This document shows positions 9,184 through 20,359 of a DNA stretch of 64,000 bases, in pieces (within the stretch, counting starts at the first letter, position 1; every line of letters begins with the position of its first letter). This stretch comes from an uncultured Bacteroides sp. GTDB lineage: Bacteria; Bacteroidota; Bacteroidia; Bacteroidales; Muribaculaceae. The notes under the pieces were generated by a model. The model saw only the letters and a program-made list of their open reading frames with translations. It was not told where the DNA came from and made no database searches. A program made the position numbers and the translations under genes. The stretch lies in contig CAZAZA010000003.1 in NCBI GenBank assembly GCA_964489495.1, positions 1,660 to 65,659 of the forward strand. The letters are read 5' to 3'.

Positions 9184-11037
9184 ATGTTAGCAGAAACCAA
9201 CATTAAACTGCTCGAAAAAGTAGTTGTGCGCTTCTCCGGTGACTCCGGCGACGGTATGCAGCTCGTGGGCAACATTTTTACGAACGTGTCGGCCGAACTT
9301 GGCAACCAGGTGTCGACATTCCCCGACTATCCCGCCGAAATACGTGCCCCGCAGGGCTCGCTTGGCGGAGTTTCCGGATTCCAGGTGAGCGTGGGTGCCG
9401 AAGTACACACTCCCGGCGACAAGTGCGACGTGCTTGTCGCAATGAATCCTGCCGCCTTAAAACAGAACGTGCGCTTCGTTAAGTCGGGCGGCGTGATCAT
9501 CGTAGACATCGACTCGTTTAAGGAGGCTGATTTCCGAAAAGCCCTTTACAAGACCAACGATCCGGTGAAGGAACTCGGAATCCATGCCCAGATGGTTGAA
9601 GTGCCTATCACGACCATGACAAAGGCCGCTCTGGCTGACTCCGGTCTTGACAACAAAGCCGTTGTAAAGTGCCGCAACATATTTGCCCTCGGCCTGATAT
9701 GCTGGCTCTTTGACCGTCCGCTTGAAAACGCTGTCAACTTCCTGCACCGCAAATTTGCAAAGAAGCCGGCTGTTTTCGAGGCTAACAAAAAAGTTATACA
9801 CGCCGGTTATAACTACGGAAACAACATACACGCTTCCGTATCGACATACCGCATAGAGAGCGATGCCGCACGTCCTGGCGTATATACCGATATAAACGGC
9901 AATACTGCCACGGCATGGGGTCTGATTCTCGCATCGGAAAAGAGCGGACGTCCGCTTTTCCTCGGCAGTTATCCTATCACTCCTGCCACCGACATACTTC
10001 AGGAACTTGCCAAACGGCGTGACCTGGGTGTGAAGGCCCTGCAGATGGAGGACGAAATAGCCGGTGTATGTTCGGCTATCGGTGCCTCGTTCGCAGGCAA
10101 TCTGGCCGTGACATCGACATCAGGACCCGGTCTCGCGCTCAAGAGCGAAGGTATAGGACTGGCTGTAATGGCCGAACTGCCCCTCGTGGTGATAGACGTT
10201 CAGCGCGGCGGCCCATCAACCGGTCTGCCTACAAAAACCGAACAGACCGACCTTATGCAGGCTCTTTACGGACGCAACGGTGAGTCTCCTGTGGCCGTAG
10301 TGGCTCCCGCTACCCCCACCGACTGCTTCACCATGGCATTCGAGGCTGCACGCATAGCCATCGAGCATATGACCCCGGTGATTCTGCTGACCGACGCGTT
10401 TATAGGCAACGGTGCTTCGGCATGGCGTATTCCCGATGATGACGAATATCCCGAAATACATCCTCATTACCTGCCGGAGGAACGTCACGGTGATCCTTCA
10501 TGGCGTCCCTATGAACGTGACGAAAAAACCAAAGTACGTTATTGGGCTATCCCGGGTACCGAAGGATGCATGCACCGCATCGGCGGTCTGGAAAAAGACT
10601 ATGTGTCGGGGGCCATATCCAACGACCCTGTAAACCATGAGCTGATGGTGAAGACTCGTCGCGAGAAAATAGCCCGTATAGCCGACTGCATACCTGAGCT
10701 TGAAGTGATAGGTTCGGGACGTGCCGATACCCTCCTTGTAGGTTGGGGCGGAACTTACGGACACCTCCGCTCGGCTGCTGCCGAATTAAACCAGGCCGGT
10801 ACAAAGATTGATTTCGCTCATTTCCGCTATATCAATCCGCTTCCAGCAAATACAGGAGACATACTCCGCAGATATCGTCGCGTGATTGTGGCCGAACTCA
10901 ACTGCGGACAGTTTGCCGACTGGCTGCAGTGCAAATATCCCGACGTAAATATCGAGAGAATAAACAAGATACAGGGACAGCCGTTCCAGGTAAGCGAACT
11001 CCGGGCCGACATATTTGATATTATTAACCGCAAGTAA
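9184..11037 (+). CDS. korA: 2-oxoacid (2-oxoglutarate):ferredoxin oxidoreductase, alpha subunit
   Basis: ORF 9115..11037. The internal ATG at 9184 gives MLAETNIKLLEKVVVRFSGDSGDGMQLVG, the usual N-terminus and a length of about 617 aa for this family. The start choice is an inference. Confidence 0.85.
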   Translation: MLAETNIKLLEKVVVRFSGDSGDGMQLVGNIFTNVSAELGNQVSTFPDYPAEIRAPQGSLGGVSGFQVSVGAEVHTPGDKCDVLVAMNPAALKQNVRFVKSGGVIIVDIDSFKEADFRKALYKTNDPVKELGIHAQMVEVPITTMTKAALADSGLDNKAVVKCRNIFALGLICWLFDRPLENAVNFLHRKFAKKPAVFEANKKVIHAGYNYGNNIHASVSTYRIESDAARPGVYTDINGNTATAWGLILASEKSGRPLFLGSYPITPATDILQELAKRRDLGVKALQMEDEIAGVCSAIGASFAGNLAVTSTSGPGLALKSEGIGLAVMAELPLVVIDVQRGGPSTGLPTKTEQTDLMQALYGRNGESPVAVVAPATPTDCFTMAFEAARIAIEHMTPVILLTDAFIGNGASAWRIPDDDEYPEIHPHYLPEERHGDPSWRPYERDEKTKVRYWAIPGTEGCMHRIGGLEKDYVSGAISNDPVNHELMVKTRREKIARIADCIPELEVIGSGRADTLLVGWGGTYGHLRSAAAELNQAGTKIDFAHFRYINPLPANTGDILRRYRRVIVAELNCGQFADWLQCKYPDVNIERINKIQGQPFQVSELRADIFDIINRK

Positions 11038-11048
11038 GCTCTCACACC

Positions 11049-12068
11049 ATGCAAGAAAACATTAAAAACTATACGGCTGCCGATTTCAAGAGCGACCAGG
11101 CTGTGCGCTGGTGTCCGGGCTGCGGCGACCATGCTATCATCAATTCTCTTCAGAAGGCTATGGCCACGCTCGGAGTGGCTCCGCATATGACTGCCGTTAT
11201 TTCAGGTATCGGATGTAGTTCGCGACTCCCTTACTATATGAATGCCTACGGTTTCCATACCATTCACGGACGTGCTGCCGCTGTTGCGACAGGTTTCAAG
11301 GTGGCCAATCCCGAGATGACTGTATGGCAGATTTCGGGTGACGGTGACGGACTCGCTATCGGCGGTAACCACTTCATACATGCCGTGCGTCGAAACATTG
11401 ACATAAACATGATGCTCTTCAACAACAAAATCTACGGTCTTACCAAGGGTCAATATTCTCCTACAAGCGACCGTGGGTTCGTATCCAAGACTTCGCCTTA
11501 CGGCACTGTCGAGGATCCGTTTATACCGGCAGAGCTTGTGTTTGGAGCACGCGGCAACTTCTTTGCACGCACTATCGACGTGGAGCTGCAGATTTCACAG
11601 GAAGTGCTTTTGGCAGCAGCGAAACACAAAGGTGCTTCGGTGGTCGAAGTTCTTCAGAACTGTGTGATATACAACAACGGCATCCACAATTATATAGTTG
11701 ACCGCGAATTTCGTGCCGACCGCACTATCCACCTCGTTCATGGCGAGAAGATGCTTTTCGGTGCCAACCACGAGAAAGGTCTCGTGCGTGACGGATTCCT
11801 CCTTAAAGCTGTCACAGTGGGCGAGGATGGCTACACTATCGACGACGTGCTCGTACACGATGCCCATTGTAAGAGCAATTTCCTGCACCAGCAGTTAGCC
11901 ATGATGGACGGTCACGACCTGCCGCTTGCCATAGGCGTTATTCGTGATGTGGATTCACTGACATATAACGACGAGGTTGAGCGTCAGATTGCCGACGTAC
12001 GTGCTGCCAAGGGATACTCCTGCTTCCGTGACATGGTCAAAGGAGGAGAGACCTGGGAAGTAAAATAA
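11049..12068 (+). CDS. korB: 2-oxoacid:ferredoxin oxidoreductase, beta (TPP-binding) subunit
   Basis: 339 aa. WCPGCGDHAI.. and GDGDGLAIGGNHFIHA TPP-binding motifs. Located 12 nt downstream of korA. Confidence 0.9.
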   Translation: MQENIKNYTAADFKSDQAVRWCPGCGDHAIINSLQKAMATLGVAPHMTAVISGIGCSSRLPYYMNAYGFHTIHGRAAAVATGFKVANPEMTVWQISGDGDGLAIGGNHFIHAVRRNIDINMMLFNNKIYGLTKGQYSPTSDRGFVSKTSPYGTVEDPFIPAELVFGARGNFFARTIDVELQISQEVLLAAAKHKGASVVEVLQNCVIYNNGIHNYIVDREFRADRTIHLVHGEKMLFGANHEKGLVRDGFLLKAVTVGEDGYTIDDVLVHDAHCKSNFLHQQLAMMDGHDLPLAIGVIRDVDSLTYNDEVERQIADVRAAKGYSCFRDMVKGGETWEVK

Positions 12069-12086
12069 AATACCTAAAAAAGCAAG

Positions 12087-12126
12087 GGAGAGTTTTCAAA
12101 ATCTCTCATGATTTTGAAAACTCTCC
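12087..12126 (+). terminator. Perfect 17-bp stem hairpin after korB
   Basis: ggagagttttcaaaatc ..tctcat.. gattttgaaaactctcc, 19 nt after the stop codon. No strong T-tract follows. Confidence 0.65.
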
Positions 12127-12145
12127 TCTGATTTAAAGTACTTAT

Positions 12146-12982
12146 ATGAGTCGATTTTATCTGCTTTTTGTTTTGGCATTATTGGTGCCATTTGCTGCGC
12201 ACAGTCGTAATTATATTGAGGAAGGAATGGAATGGCATTCGCTTCGTGTGGATTCGACAGAGTCGGGTTTGGTATATTCGATTGAGGTGGTTACTTTGGA
12301 AAATTGGGACGGTCATTCGTGGTATAAGGCCTATGTCTCGTATGGCGAGGATAGGTCGGTTAAAGAACTGGCGGGATTAGTGGCCGTTTTTGGAGATAAT
12401 CATGTATATTATAAAGAAGACATCTCGTTTACGCAGATTTTGCATAATATGTATGATTTCGGATTGGAAGAGGGTGATAGTACCTATATATCTTCGGCAG
12501 ACAAAGATTTAATTCAAACCTACATAAAGTGTACAGGCATCGAGAAATGCCCATATAGTGGATGGGATATAATGACATTTGACGAATATAAGGACTTACG
12601 ATACACTGAACTGTGCGGGCATGGCAGCTGGCTGATCGGACTGTCTTCGACTCAGGGATTTTTGAAAAACAACCAATTCGGTATGGCAGGAAGCTCTTCA
12701 AGACTGTTTTTGGTGAAAGACGCTTCAGGACGTGAAATATATTCTAATCCCAGTGTCTCAATTCCGGAGACAGCCGTTAAAACGGAATTCGTAAGGGTGG
12801 AAGGCCGCAGTGTTTTTGTGGACGGACAAGGTGATTGTTCCTGTGATCTTTACGAAAAGTCCGGAAAGCTTATAGGCAGATACCGTCTGGATGCTACGAA
12901 CAGATGCATAGAACTTCCCGGATCAGGCCTCTACATTTTAAGAATGGAAAACGGACGGTCACTCAAAATATTGGCCCGCTGA
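12146..12982 (+). CDS. Hypothetical secreted protein with T9SS C-terminal sorting domain
   Basis: 278 aa. Signal peptide MSRFYLLFVLALLVPFAAHS. C-terminus ..LPGSGLYILRMENGRSLKILAR is CTD-like. Visibly lower GC than its neighbours. Confidence 0.6.
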   Translation: MSRFYLLFVLALLVPFAAHSRNYIEEGMEWHSLRVDSTESGLVYSIEVVTLENWDGHSWYKAYVSYGEDRSVKELAGLVAVFGDNHVYYKEDISFTQILHNMYDFGLEEGDSTYISSADKDLIQTYIKCTGIEKCPYSGWDIMTFDEYKDLRYTELCGHGSWLIGLSSTQGFLKNNQFGMAGSSSRLFLVKDASGREIYSNPSVSIPETAVKTEFVRVEGRSVFVDGQGDCSCDLYEKSGKLIGRYRLDATNRCIELPGSGLYILRMENGRSLKILAR

Positions 12983-13042
12983 ACTAACGTCGGCCTTGAC
13001 GCATTCATGGGGACTGACGAAGCAGTCATCGGATTTTTTTCG

Positions 13043-13050
13043 TAACTTTG
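13043..13050 (+). promoter_or_regulatory. -7 box TAACTTTG upstream of mutS
   Basis: Exact TAnnTTTG match, 20 nt before the mutS ATG. Confidence 0.55.
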
Positions 13051-13069
13051 TGGCCTGAACAGTACCGAA

Positions 13070-15691
13070 ATGAAGAAAGTTGTCGAAACACCGCTGATGA
13101 AGCAGTATTTCGCGATGAAGCAAAAGCACCCCGACGCGGTTCTCCTCTTCCGCGTCGGGGACTTCTATGAAACCTTTTGCGATGACGCGATCACTGCTTC
13201 CGAAATATTGGGGATAACGCTCACCAAGCGTGCCAACGGATCGGCACAGTCGGTCGAGCTTGCCGGTTTCCCGCATCATGCCCTTGACACCTATCTGCCT
13301 AAGCTTGTCAGGGCAGGCAAGCGTGTGGCCATATGTGAACAGCTTGAAGACCCCAAGCTTGCAAAGAAACTGGTGAAGCGTGGCATAACAGAGCTTGTGA
13401 CTCCCGGTGTGTCGACAAACGACAATATACTTGACCACCGGGAAAACAACTTCCTTGCTGCCGTTCATTTTGGAAAGTCGGAATGTGGAGTGGCTTTTCT
13501 CGACATTTCGACCGGAGAGTTTCTGACAGCTGAAGGAAAAACAGACTATATAGACAAACTCCTCGGCAATTTCGCCCCCAAGGAAGTACTTGTTGAAAGA
13601 GGCAAGCGGCATATGCTTGAGGAGTCGTTCTCTCAGAAATATCTGTCGTTTGAGCTCGACGACTGGATGTTTACCGAAGAAGCTGCCACGGAGCGCCTCC
13701 TACGGCATTTCGAGACACAGAACCTGAAGGGGTTCGGAATCAACCGTATGCCTGCGGCTATTGTCGCAGCAGGCGTGATTATGCACTATCTCGACCAGAC
13801 GCAGCACACACACACCTCGCATATAACGTCGATAGCACGTATAGAGGAGCAACGTTATGTCAGGCTTGACAAATTCACCGTACACAATCTGGAGCTGATT
13901 CAGGCTATCGGTGAGGAAGGACGCAGCTTACTCGACGTAATAGACCGCACAGTCACGCCTATGGGGGCGCGTATGCTGAGGCGGTGGCTGCTCTTCCCGC
14001 TTAAAGATGTACCTGAAATCAACAGAAGGCTTGACATTGTCGAATATTTCATGCGCGAGCCTGATGATGCCGCGCTGCTCCACGACAGCCTTGCCGCGAT
14101 TGGCGATATGGAAAGACTGGTGTCGAAGGTTGCTATCGGGCGTGTAAATCCACGTGAACTTCTGCAGCTGTCCAATGCGCTCAAAGAGATGGTGCCTGTA
14201 AAGGAAATATGTCTCAGGGCCGAGGGTCGCGAGGATGCGCTTATGGCACTGGGGCGTTCGATTGACTGTTGTGAGGCCATACGCGACCGCATAAGTCGCG
14301 AGATAAGGAATGATGCTCCCGCTTTGCTGGCCAAAGGCATGGTGATAAATGACGGTGTGGATCCCGAACTTGATGAGTTGCGGGAGATAGCTTACCGCAG
14401 TAAGGACTATCTGATGAAAATTCAGGCACGCGAGGTGGAGGCTACCGGCATATCGAGTCTTAAGATAGGCTACAACAATGTGTTCGGATATTATATTGAG
14501 GTTACGAATACACACAAATCTAAAGTACCGCAAGACTGGATAAGAAAGCAGACACTCGTAAATGCCGAACGCTACATTACTCAGGAACTGAAGGAGTATG
14601 AGGAAAAAATCCTCGGTGCTCAGGAAAAGATAGCGTCTATAGAGGCACGCCTCTTTGCCGAGCTGGTAGGAGCTGTGGGACAATATGTAGAGACTATCTT
14701 GCATGATGCACAGACCATAGCGCAAATAGACTGTCTCGCGGCATTCACTCGTGTGGCTGTCGACAACCGTTATAACCGTCCGGTGGTTGACGATTCTCTC
14801 GATATAGACATTTGCGAAGGACGACACCCGGTGATAGAGAGGCAGTTGCCTCCCGGTGAACCCTACATATCAAATAGCGTCAAGCTGTCGAACAACGGCA
14901 CTCAGATAATGATGATCACCGGACCAAATATGTCGGGAAAATCGGCTCTGCTGCGTCAGACGGCCCTGATTGTCATTATGGCCCAGATAGGGTGCTTCGT
15001 GCCTGCCGACAGTGCGCGTATCGGTGTGGTCGATAAAGTGTTTACCCGCGTTGGGGCAAACGACAATATATCGTTCGGAGAATCGACATTTATGGTCGAG
15101 ATGAACGAGGCAGCTTCGATTATAAACAACATGTCAGAGCGGTCGCTCATACTGTTTGACGAACTAGGACGCGGCACATCGACCTATGACGGCATATCGA
15201 TAGCGTGGGCGATAGTGGAATATATCCATGACCACGGGAAGATGCATCCCAAGACCCTGTTTGCAACCCACTATCACGAACTGAATGAAATGGAACATTC
15301 GTTCGAGCGCATTGTCAATTACAATGTGTCGGTGCTTGAGCGTGACGGCAAGGTGGTGTTTTTGCGCAAGCTTGCAAAAGGCGGCAGCGAACATAGCTTC
15401 GGCATACATGTGGCGCGTCTGGCCGGAATGCCGCAGTCGATAGTGAAGCGTGCCAACACAGTGCTCCGGCAGCTGGAAAAAAGCAATAGCGAGGCCGATG
15501 CGGCTATCAGCCGTAGGCTCGATTCTATTGACAACACATCAGACGGTATACAGATGAGTCTGTTTCAGCTCGATGACCCCGTATTGAGCCAGATACGCGA
15601 CGAGATACTGCGCACCGACATTGACACGCTTACCCCGGTAGCCGCCCTCAACAAGCTCAATGACATAAAATCGATAATCACCGGTAAATAA
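13070..15691 (+). CDS. mutS: DNA mismatch repair protein MutS
   Basis: 873 aa. [31 protein letters not shown]-terminus. Walker [11 protein letters not shown]. ..[14 protein letters not shown].. and ..FATHYHEL.. motifs. Confidence 0.97.
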   Translation: MKKVVETPLMKQYFAMKQKHPDAVLLFRVGDFYETFCDDAITASEILGITLTKRANGSAQSVELAGFPHHALDTYLPKLVRAGKRVAICEQLEDPKLAKKLVKRGITELVTPGVSTNDNILDHRENNFLAAVHFGKSECGVAFLDISTGEFLTAEGKTDYIDKLLGNFAPKEVLVERGKRHMLEESFSQKYLSFELDDWMFTEEAATERLLRHFETQNLKGFGINRMPAAIVAAGVIMHYLDQTQHTHTSHITSIARIEEQRYVRLDKFTVHNLELIQAIGEEGRSLLDVIDRTVTPMGARMLRRWLLFPLKDVPEINRRLDIVEYFMREPDDAALLHDSLAAIGDMERLVSKVAIGRVNPRELLQLSNALKEMVPVKEICLRAEGREDALMALGRSIDCCEAIRDRISREIRNDAPALLAKGMVINDGVDPELDELREIAYRSKDYLMKIQAREVEATGISSLKIGYNNVFGYYIEVTNTHKSKVPQDWIRKQTLVNAERYITQELKEYEEKILGAQEKIASIEARLFAELVGAVGQYVETILHDAQTIAQIDCLAAFTRVAVDNRYNRPVVDDSLDIDICEGRHPVIERQLPPGEPYISNSVKLSNNGTQIMMITGPNMSGKSALLRQTALIVIMAQIGCFVPADSARIGVVDKVFTRVGANDNISFGESTFMVEMNEAASIINNMSERSLILFDELGRGTSTYDGISIAWAIVEYIHDHGKMHPKTLFATHYHELNEMEHSFERIVNYNVSVLERDGKVVFLRKLAKGGSEHSFGIHVARLAGMPQSIVKRANTVLRQLEKSNSEADAAISRRLDSIDNTSDGIQMSLFQLDDPVLSQIRDEILRTDIDTLTPVAALNKLNDIKSIITGK

Positions 15692-15729
15692 TCCTTCATG
15701 ACGGCGTGACGGGAATTCCGCAGAATATC

Positions 15730-15785
15730 CGAGAAACGAGTAGGAGGTAAACTGTGATTAGTGTTTACCTCCTACTCGTTTCTCG
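15730..15785. terminator. 23-bp perfect-stem hairpin between convergent genes (bidirectional terminator candidate)
   Basis: cgagaaacgagtaggaggtaaac (15730-15752) pairs perfectly with gtttacctcctactcgtttctcg (15763-15785). It lies between the mutS stop (15691) and the stop of the minus-strand gene (15815). Confidence 0.7.
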
Positions 15786-15814
15786 CTTCAAAAAGTTTTA
15801 TCTGACAGCAATAA

Positions 15815-16588
15815 TTATTTTACAAGTATTTTCTGTACTTTTGAACCATTACGTACTATGTAGAGGCCGTTGGCAATATTTTCAGCCGGCACGCGCTCAC
15901 CCTGCATATTGAAATATTCGACTGGAGCGTTGGTATTTTCGGTCTCGACAACATCGATGGCGGTCGATGGATTGGAAATCAGAGCCAGTGACGACAAGCC
16001 GAAAAAGCAACCTTCGTTCATCGTTCCTTTTGTTATCTTAAGCTGGATAAACATCGGGCTTGTGGCTGCCTTGCTTTCCTCCATTTCCATATTCCATACT
16101 TGATTGCGGCTGCTTTCTCCGGGATTTACATCAGCGGCTATATCTATATCGTCGAATGATGCAAACTTCTCAAGGGAGTTTAAGCTGTTGCCTGTGAGCA
16201 CTTCGACGTTATACTGACGTATTTTATCATCGTCCGACATCTGGTAGCCGTTGCCTCCGTTCAGAGCATGGATATCAAGGGCTACTTCGTCGTATTTAAA
16301 GGTTGAAGGTAGGTTTGCAACCAAAAAAGTCATGGTGATTGTGGGGTCGGTGTTGCCGTTGACATTCGGACAAAGAATCGATGAAGTCACGTTGCCGGCA
16401 GTGGCTTTAAACTGATGATTGCTTTCAACGAGCTGAGCTGCGACACCGGGCATGTTGGTTGAAGTTATCACATCCTGTACTTCGGTGCCTACCCGGTTGA
16501 AGGTAAGTTCGAGTGACTCTGTCTGCTGTGCGTTCAGAGCTAAGCCGATAGCTGTAGTTGCTGCAAAGAGTAAAGATTTTAATTTCAT
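15815..16588 (-). CDS. Hypothetical secreted protein with T9SS C-terminal sorting domain
   Basis: 257 aa. Signal peptide MKLKSLLFAATTAIGLALNA. C-terminus NAPVEYFNMQGERVPAENIANGLYIVRNGSKVQKILVK is CTD-like. Confidence 0.6.
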   Translation of the reverse strand: MKLKSLLFAATTAIGLALNAQQTESLELTFNRVGTEVQDVITSTNMPGVAAQLVESNHQFKATAGNVTSSILCPNVNGNTDPTITMTFLVANLPSTFKYDEVALDIHALNGGNGYQMSDDDKIRQYNVEVLTGNSLNSLEKFASFDDIDIAADVNPGESSRNQVWNMEMEESKAATSPMFIQLKITKGTMNEGCFFGLSSLALISNPSTAIDVVETENTNAPVEYFNMQGERVPAENIANGLYIVRNGSKVQKILVK

Positions 16589-16629
16589 AAGCGGTTTTTG
16601 ATTAAGTTTATATAATATTGTTCTATTTG

Positions 16630-16637
16630 CAAATATA
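16630..16637 (-). promoter_or_regulatory. -7 box TATATTTG (minus strand) for the 15815..16588 gene
   Basis: The reverse complement of caaatata matches TAnnTTTG, about 40 nt upstream of the ATG at 16588. Confidence 0.45.
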
Positions 16638-16683
16638 ACATTTTGGTCTTAATCTACAGCTGGCAATGCAGTTGTATGTGAAT

Positions 16684-16717
16684 CCGGGAGTCTGTATCAA
16701 TTGATACAGACTCCCGG
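16684..16717 (-). terminator. 34-bp perfect palindrome downstream of ftsZ (end of dcw operon)
   Basis: ccgggagtctgtatcaa|ttgatacagactcccgg, 10 nt after the ftsZ stop codon. Confidence 0.7.
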
Positions 16718-16726
16718 TAAAGAAGC

Positions 16727-18112
16727 CTATTCGGTGAAGCTTATCGTAGAATTTGCAGCAGGTCGACCCGGATCAGCCTGCGTAACAAGCGGTTGTCCTG
16801 TCTCACCGTTTGAGCGCAGGTTCTCTACAAGGCGGGTATCGCGCTTGTAAGTGGGGTTGTGTTCAAGGGCCTCGATCACTTCGTCGTTATCCATCTGTTC
16901 GGGATGCAGTATGACGAAATGACGGCTTTCGTCAGTGCCGTAATCCTCGCGCATCCTTATCTGGTTAGGATCGGGAGTGACGTTTGCCTGTTCTTTTGGC
17001 TTAACCACTTGCCCTTCGTTTTTGCCGCTTTGCACATTTGTACGTGTCTGCGAGTTAATCAGTGGAGGAGCAGGGGTCATCGTACCATCCTCCCGGTTGT
17101 TCGAAGGGTCGAATCCGGCGGCAAGTATGGTGATTTTAACCTGGTCGCCAAGTGATTCGTCAAATCCAAGACCCCATATCACGTCGACATCCGACGATAT
17201 TCCCTTGACAAAGTCGGTGAGTTCGTCGGCTTCGGCCATCTTGAATTCGTCGCTTGCCTGTCGCGAATAGAATATATGGAACAGGAGGCGTTTCGAACCG
17301 AAAATGTCGCGGTTTTTCAGCAGGGGCGAATTTAGAGCGTCCTCGATAGCTTTAGTCACGCGGTGCTCGCCCTCGCCGAATCCACACGATATAATGGCGG
17401 CCCCGCCGTTTCGCAGCGTTGTGTCTACGTCGTTGAAATCGACATTCATATAGCCGTCGTCGGTGATAAGCTCGGATATGGAGCTGGCAGCTACTGAAAG
17501 AGTGTCATCGGCTTTGCCGAATGCATTGAGGAAGTTCAGGTCGCCGTAGATTTCCGACAGACGTTGGTTGTTGATGACCAGCAGCGCGTCGACATGCTTG
17601 GCAAGCTCGTCGGCGCCTCCGTAGGCTTTGAGAATCTTTTTCTCGCCTTCGAAGCCAAACGGGATGGTGACAATACCTATGGTGAGGATGCCTTTTTCTT
17701 TTGCGACGCGGGCAATCACCGGCGACGCGCCTGTACCGGTGCCACCACCCATCCCGGCGGTGATAAATACCATCTTGGTGTGGTCGTCAAAGATAGCTTC
17801 GATTTTGTCTATATTGTCCTCGGCAGCTTTTCGGGCTACTTCGGGCTTGTTGCCTGCTCCGAGACCGTTGCCGATCTCTACTTTCGTAGGCACATCGGAG
17901 TTTTTAAGTGCCTGTCTGTCGGTGTTGAGCACGACAAACGACACATTTTTTATGCCTTGCGCATACATGTGGTTGACGGCGTTGTTGCCGCCTCCACCCA
18001 CACCGATCACCTTGATGATGGGATGCTCTTCTGCATTTTCATCGCACGGCGATGAGTTGAACTGTTGTCCGAACTGGTCGGTGTCTATATCGTGGATATT
18101 GTCCATTTCCAT
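16727..18112 (-). CDS. ftsZ: Cell division protein FtsZ
   Basis: 461 aa. IKVIGVGGGGNNAVNHM and GMGGGTGTGASPVIA tubulin signature motifs. Confidence 0.97.
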   Translation of the reverse strand: MEMDNIHDIDTDQFGQQFNSSPCDENAEEHPIIKVIGVGGGGNNAVNHMYAQGIKNVSFVVLNTDRQALKNSDVPTKVEIGNGLGAGNKPEVARKAAEDNIDKIEAIFDDHTKMVFITAGMGGGTGTGASPVIARVAKEKGILTIGIVTIPFGFEGEKKILKAYGGADELAKHVDALLVINNQRLSEIYGDLNFLNAFGKADDTLSVAASSISELITDDGYMNVDFNDVDTTLRNGGAAIISCGFGEGEHRVTKAIEDALNSPLLKNRDIFGSKRLLFHIFYSRQASDEFKMAEADELTDFVKGISSDVDVIWGLGFDESLGDQVKITILAAGFDPSNNREDGTMTPAPPLINSQTRTNVQSGKNEGQVVKPKEQANVTPDPNQIRMREDYGTDESRHFVILHPEQMDNDEVIEALEHNPTYKRDTRLVENLRSNGETGQPLVTQADPGRPAANSTISFTE

Positions 18113-18136
18113 GTTTGTGTCTGTTTGATTGTGTTG

Positions 18137-19474
18137 TTAATCGTCCTCGTCCATGAGGTCGTCGGGGTCCATGATAAATTTGTTGACACCACGTCTTATG
18201 CGCGAGAAGAAGCCTTCTTTTTTAGGCGTGTTGTAGTCGTATGTCTGTCGTACGGGCTGCTCCGGCTGGATGGCGTCCTCGTCGGGCTGCTCCGGTTCGG
18301 ATTCCTGTATTGGCTCAGGTATCACAGGTTTCGGCTCAGGCATGCATTCCTCGGCTTCAGAGAGTGCACCGAAAAGAACCGATATTATGTCAATAGAGTC
18401 GGCCGGCTGTATGCGTCCGTCGGCAATTCTGACGCTCTGCGACGGCATTCCCAGGCGTACCTTCATCTTGGAGTCTGATTCCAGACGGGTGATGAAGTCG
18501 CGCAGTTTTGCTCCGCCACCTACCACCACTATTCCGGCCGGTAAGTCGGCCGGTTTATATCCGGCATATTCCACCTGTTTGGCTATATTGGCTATAATTT
18601 CACCGGCACGGGCGCTGACATACCCGTAAACCTTGTCGGCATCCACACCTTCTATCGACTGGTGAGCCGCTACGAGTCCGGCATTGGGATTGGCGCTGGC
18701 CATGGTGCATTTCACCGTCTCGGCTGTTTCTTCGAGGTGCAGCAGTTTGCACAGGTCGAATGTTATATTGCGTGAGCCGAGCGGGAGTGTTGCCAGGTAC
18801 TGGAGTGAGCCTTTCTTATAGATACTCACTGTAGTGGTTTCGGCTCCGAAGTCCACAAACATGCATCCCGAGCGTTTTTCCTCGGAAGTGAGCACAAGGT
18901 CGGCTTCGGCTGTAGGACGTATGATATAGTTGAATACCTTAAGGTTGAGCTTGTCGGCCAGTACACGGTTTATATTGCATTTCAGACGGCTCTTGCATGA
19001 GATAAGATTCAACTGCAGGCGTATGTTGGTTCCGTAAGTTCCCTCGGGACGTTCCGACACCTTGCCGTCGATGAGGTAGAGCAGCGGGGCATAGCCTATC
19101 ACATCGCGGTCGTTGAGTGCTGTGTTTGCACCCTCGGTCTTAAGCTGTGCCGTGAGATTGCGTGTGATTTCCATTTCTTCCGGAAGCTGACGCTGCACTT
19201 CCATATGGGTGGTGCACAATGACAAGCCACCGACAGCCACATACACTCCCTCGACCTTGCGGGGCATCATTCGCTGTTCGATACGGTGCAGTATGTCGTT
19301 TACGGTGTTGGCTACGATTTCGACGTTCTGAATGACTCCATAGCGTACGCAGTCGATCAGCGGCTGTTCCTCGACAATCTGCACAGAGAGGGAGCCGTTG
19401 CTGTCAACGCATCCGACAGCTCCTTTGATTTTGGAGCTGCCGATTTCGATGCCGACTATATATTTGGATTCCAT
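18137..19474 (-). CDS. ftsA: Cell division protein FtsA
   Basis: 445 aa. Actin-like N-terminus IVGIEIGSSKIKGAVG, VDFGAETTTVSIY, C-terminal amphipathic tail. Sits between ftsQ and ftsZ. Confidence 0.93.
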   Translation of the reverse strand: MESKYIVGIEIGSSKIKGAVGCVDSNGSLSVQIVEEQPLIDCVRYGVIQNVEIVANTVNDILHRIEQRMMPRKVEGVYVAVGGLSLCTTHMEVQRQLPEEMEITRNLTAQLKTEGANTALNDRDVIGYAPLLYLIDGKVSERPEGTYGTNIRLQLNLISCKSRLKCNINRVLADKLNLKVFNYIIRPTAEADLVLTSEEKRSGCMFVDFGAETTTVSIYKKGSLQYLATLPLGSRNITFDLCKLLHLEETAETVKCTMASANPNAGLVAAHQSIEGVDADKVYGYVSARAGEIIANIAKQVEYAGYKPADLPAGIVVVGGGAKLRDFITRLESDSKMKVRLGMPSQSVRIADGRIQPADSIDIISVLFGALSEAEECMPEPKPVIPEPIQESEPEQPDEDAIQPEQPVRQTYDYNTPKKEGFFSRIRRGVNKFIMDPDDLMDEDD

Positions 19475-19504
19475 AATATGTGGTTTTTTTTATTGTTATT
19501 CAGT

Positions 19505-20359
19505 TTAATTAGGAGATGTCTCGACATTGAGTATAGGTAAAGCCTCGTCGTAAGCCGACTGCGGCAGCGTGTCGACAGGCAGCCGATGGTCGGTTTTGAC
19601 TTTGTCGCTCCTCGATGCCACCACTTGCCCGGCCCATTTCACTGCTATTGTATCATAATAATTCCATCCCTTGTAAGGCATGACGCGCTTATAGAAACGG
19701 GCGAGACGGTCAAATTTGTCGTCGACAGCGTCAAGACTGCCGAACTTGATTACCTGACCGCGTATGTCGGGTATGAGATATATGTTCATACTGTCGCGCA
19801 CCTCTATCATCGATATGAGGTCGTTCCACGGTGAGTGATTTTCTATATAGTCGGCAAGCGGGAGCATAGCGACCGGATCTAAGCCTGTCGATGTGAAGTT
19901 GCCTTTGATTACCGGAACATCCATATGATAACGGGCGTCGGCGCCGATACGTTTTCCCGATCGGTTGATATAGTACGATTTCGTCCCGTCGAAGATACGT
20001 GCAGCCGGAACAAGCGGGCATACTGTCACTTTAACGCTGTCGTTTGTGAGGATCACGGCCTGAACACTTTCTATTTTGTCGCTTGCCATAAGTCTGGCCT
20101 CGACGCTGTCGAGCGGGAAATTATAGAGAAGACGTCCGGTGGCTGACGAATAAAGGTGTCCGAGATCACGTTTAAGTTCCTCTGTCCTGACAAACCCGAG
20201 GTTGAGGGGGTCGTCAAGTTCTATCTCCATGCCACGGCATTGGCGCGTGGCGGAGAGACGCGAGGTAAAGCTCAGCGCAACCAACAGGTAGCCTGCCATG
20301 ACAACTACGAGCGATATTCGCAGTATCTTTTTAAGCATCGGTGTGGACGGCGTTTGCAT
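19505..20359 (-). CDS. ftsQ: Cell division protein FtsQ (single TM helix plus POTRA-like domain)
   Basis: 284 aa. N-terminal TM helix ILRISLVVVMAGYLLVALSF. Position between murC and ftsA. Its start overlaps the murC 3' end by 29 bp. Confidence 0.8.
   Translation of the reverse strand: MQTPSTPMLKKILRISLVVVMAGYLLVALSFTSRLSATRQCRGMEIELDDPLNLGFVRTEELKRDLGHLYSSATGRLLYNFPLDSVEARLMASDKIESVQAVILTNDSVKVTVCPLVPAARIFDGTKSYYINRSGKRIGADARYHMDVPVIKGNFTSTGLDPVAMLPLADYIENHSPWNDLISMIEVRDSMNIYLIPDIRGQVIKFGSLDAVDDKFDRLARFYKRVMPYKGWNYYDTIAVKWAGQVVASRSDKVKTDHRLPVDTLPQSAYDEALPILNVETSPN

Noticed and set aside
17105-17125. tRNA-like T-arm strings (gtcgaatcc or ggtcgaatcc at about 17111, 22318 and 22681).
   Set aside because: All lie inside ftsZ or murG coding sequence, and no acceptor or anticodon stems can be drawn around them. 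The intergenic regions contain no tRNA-like cloverleaf.
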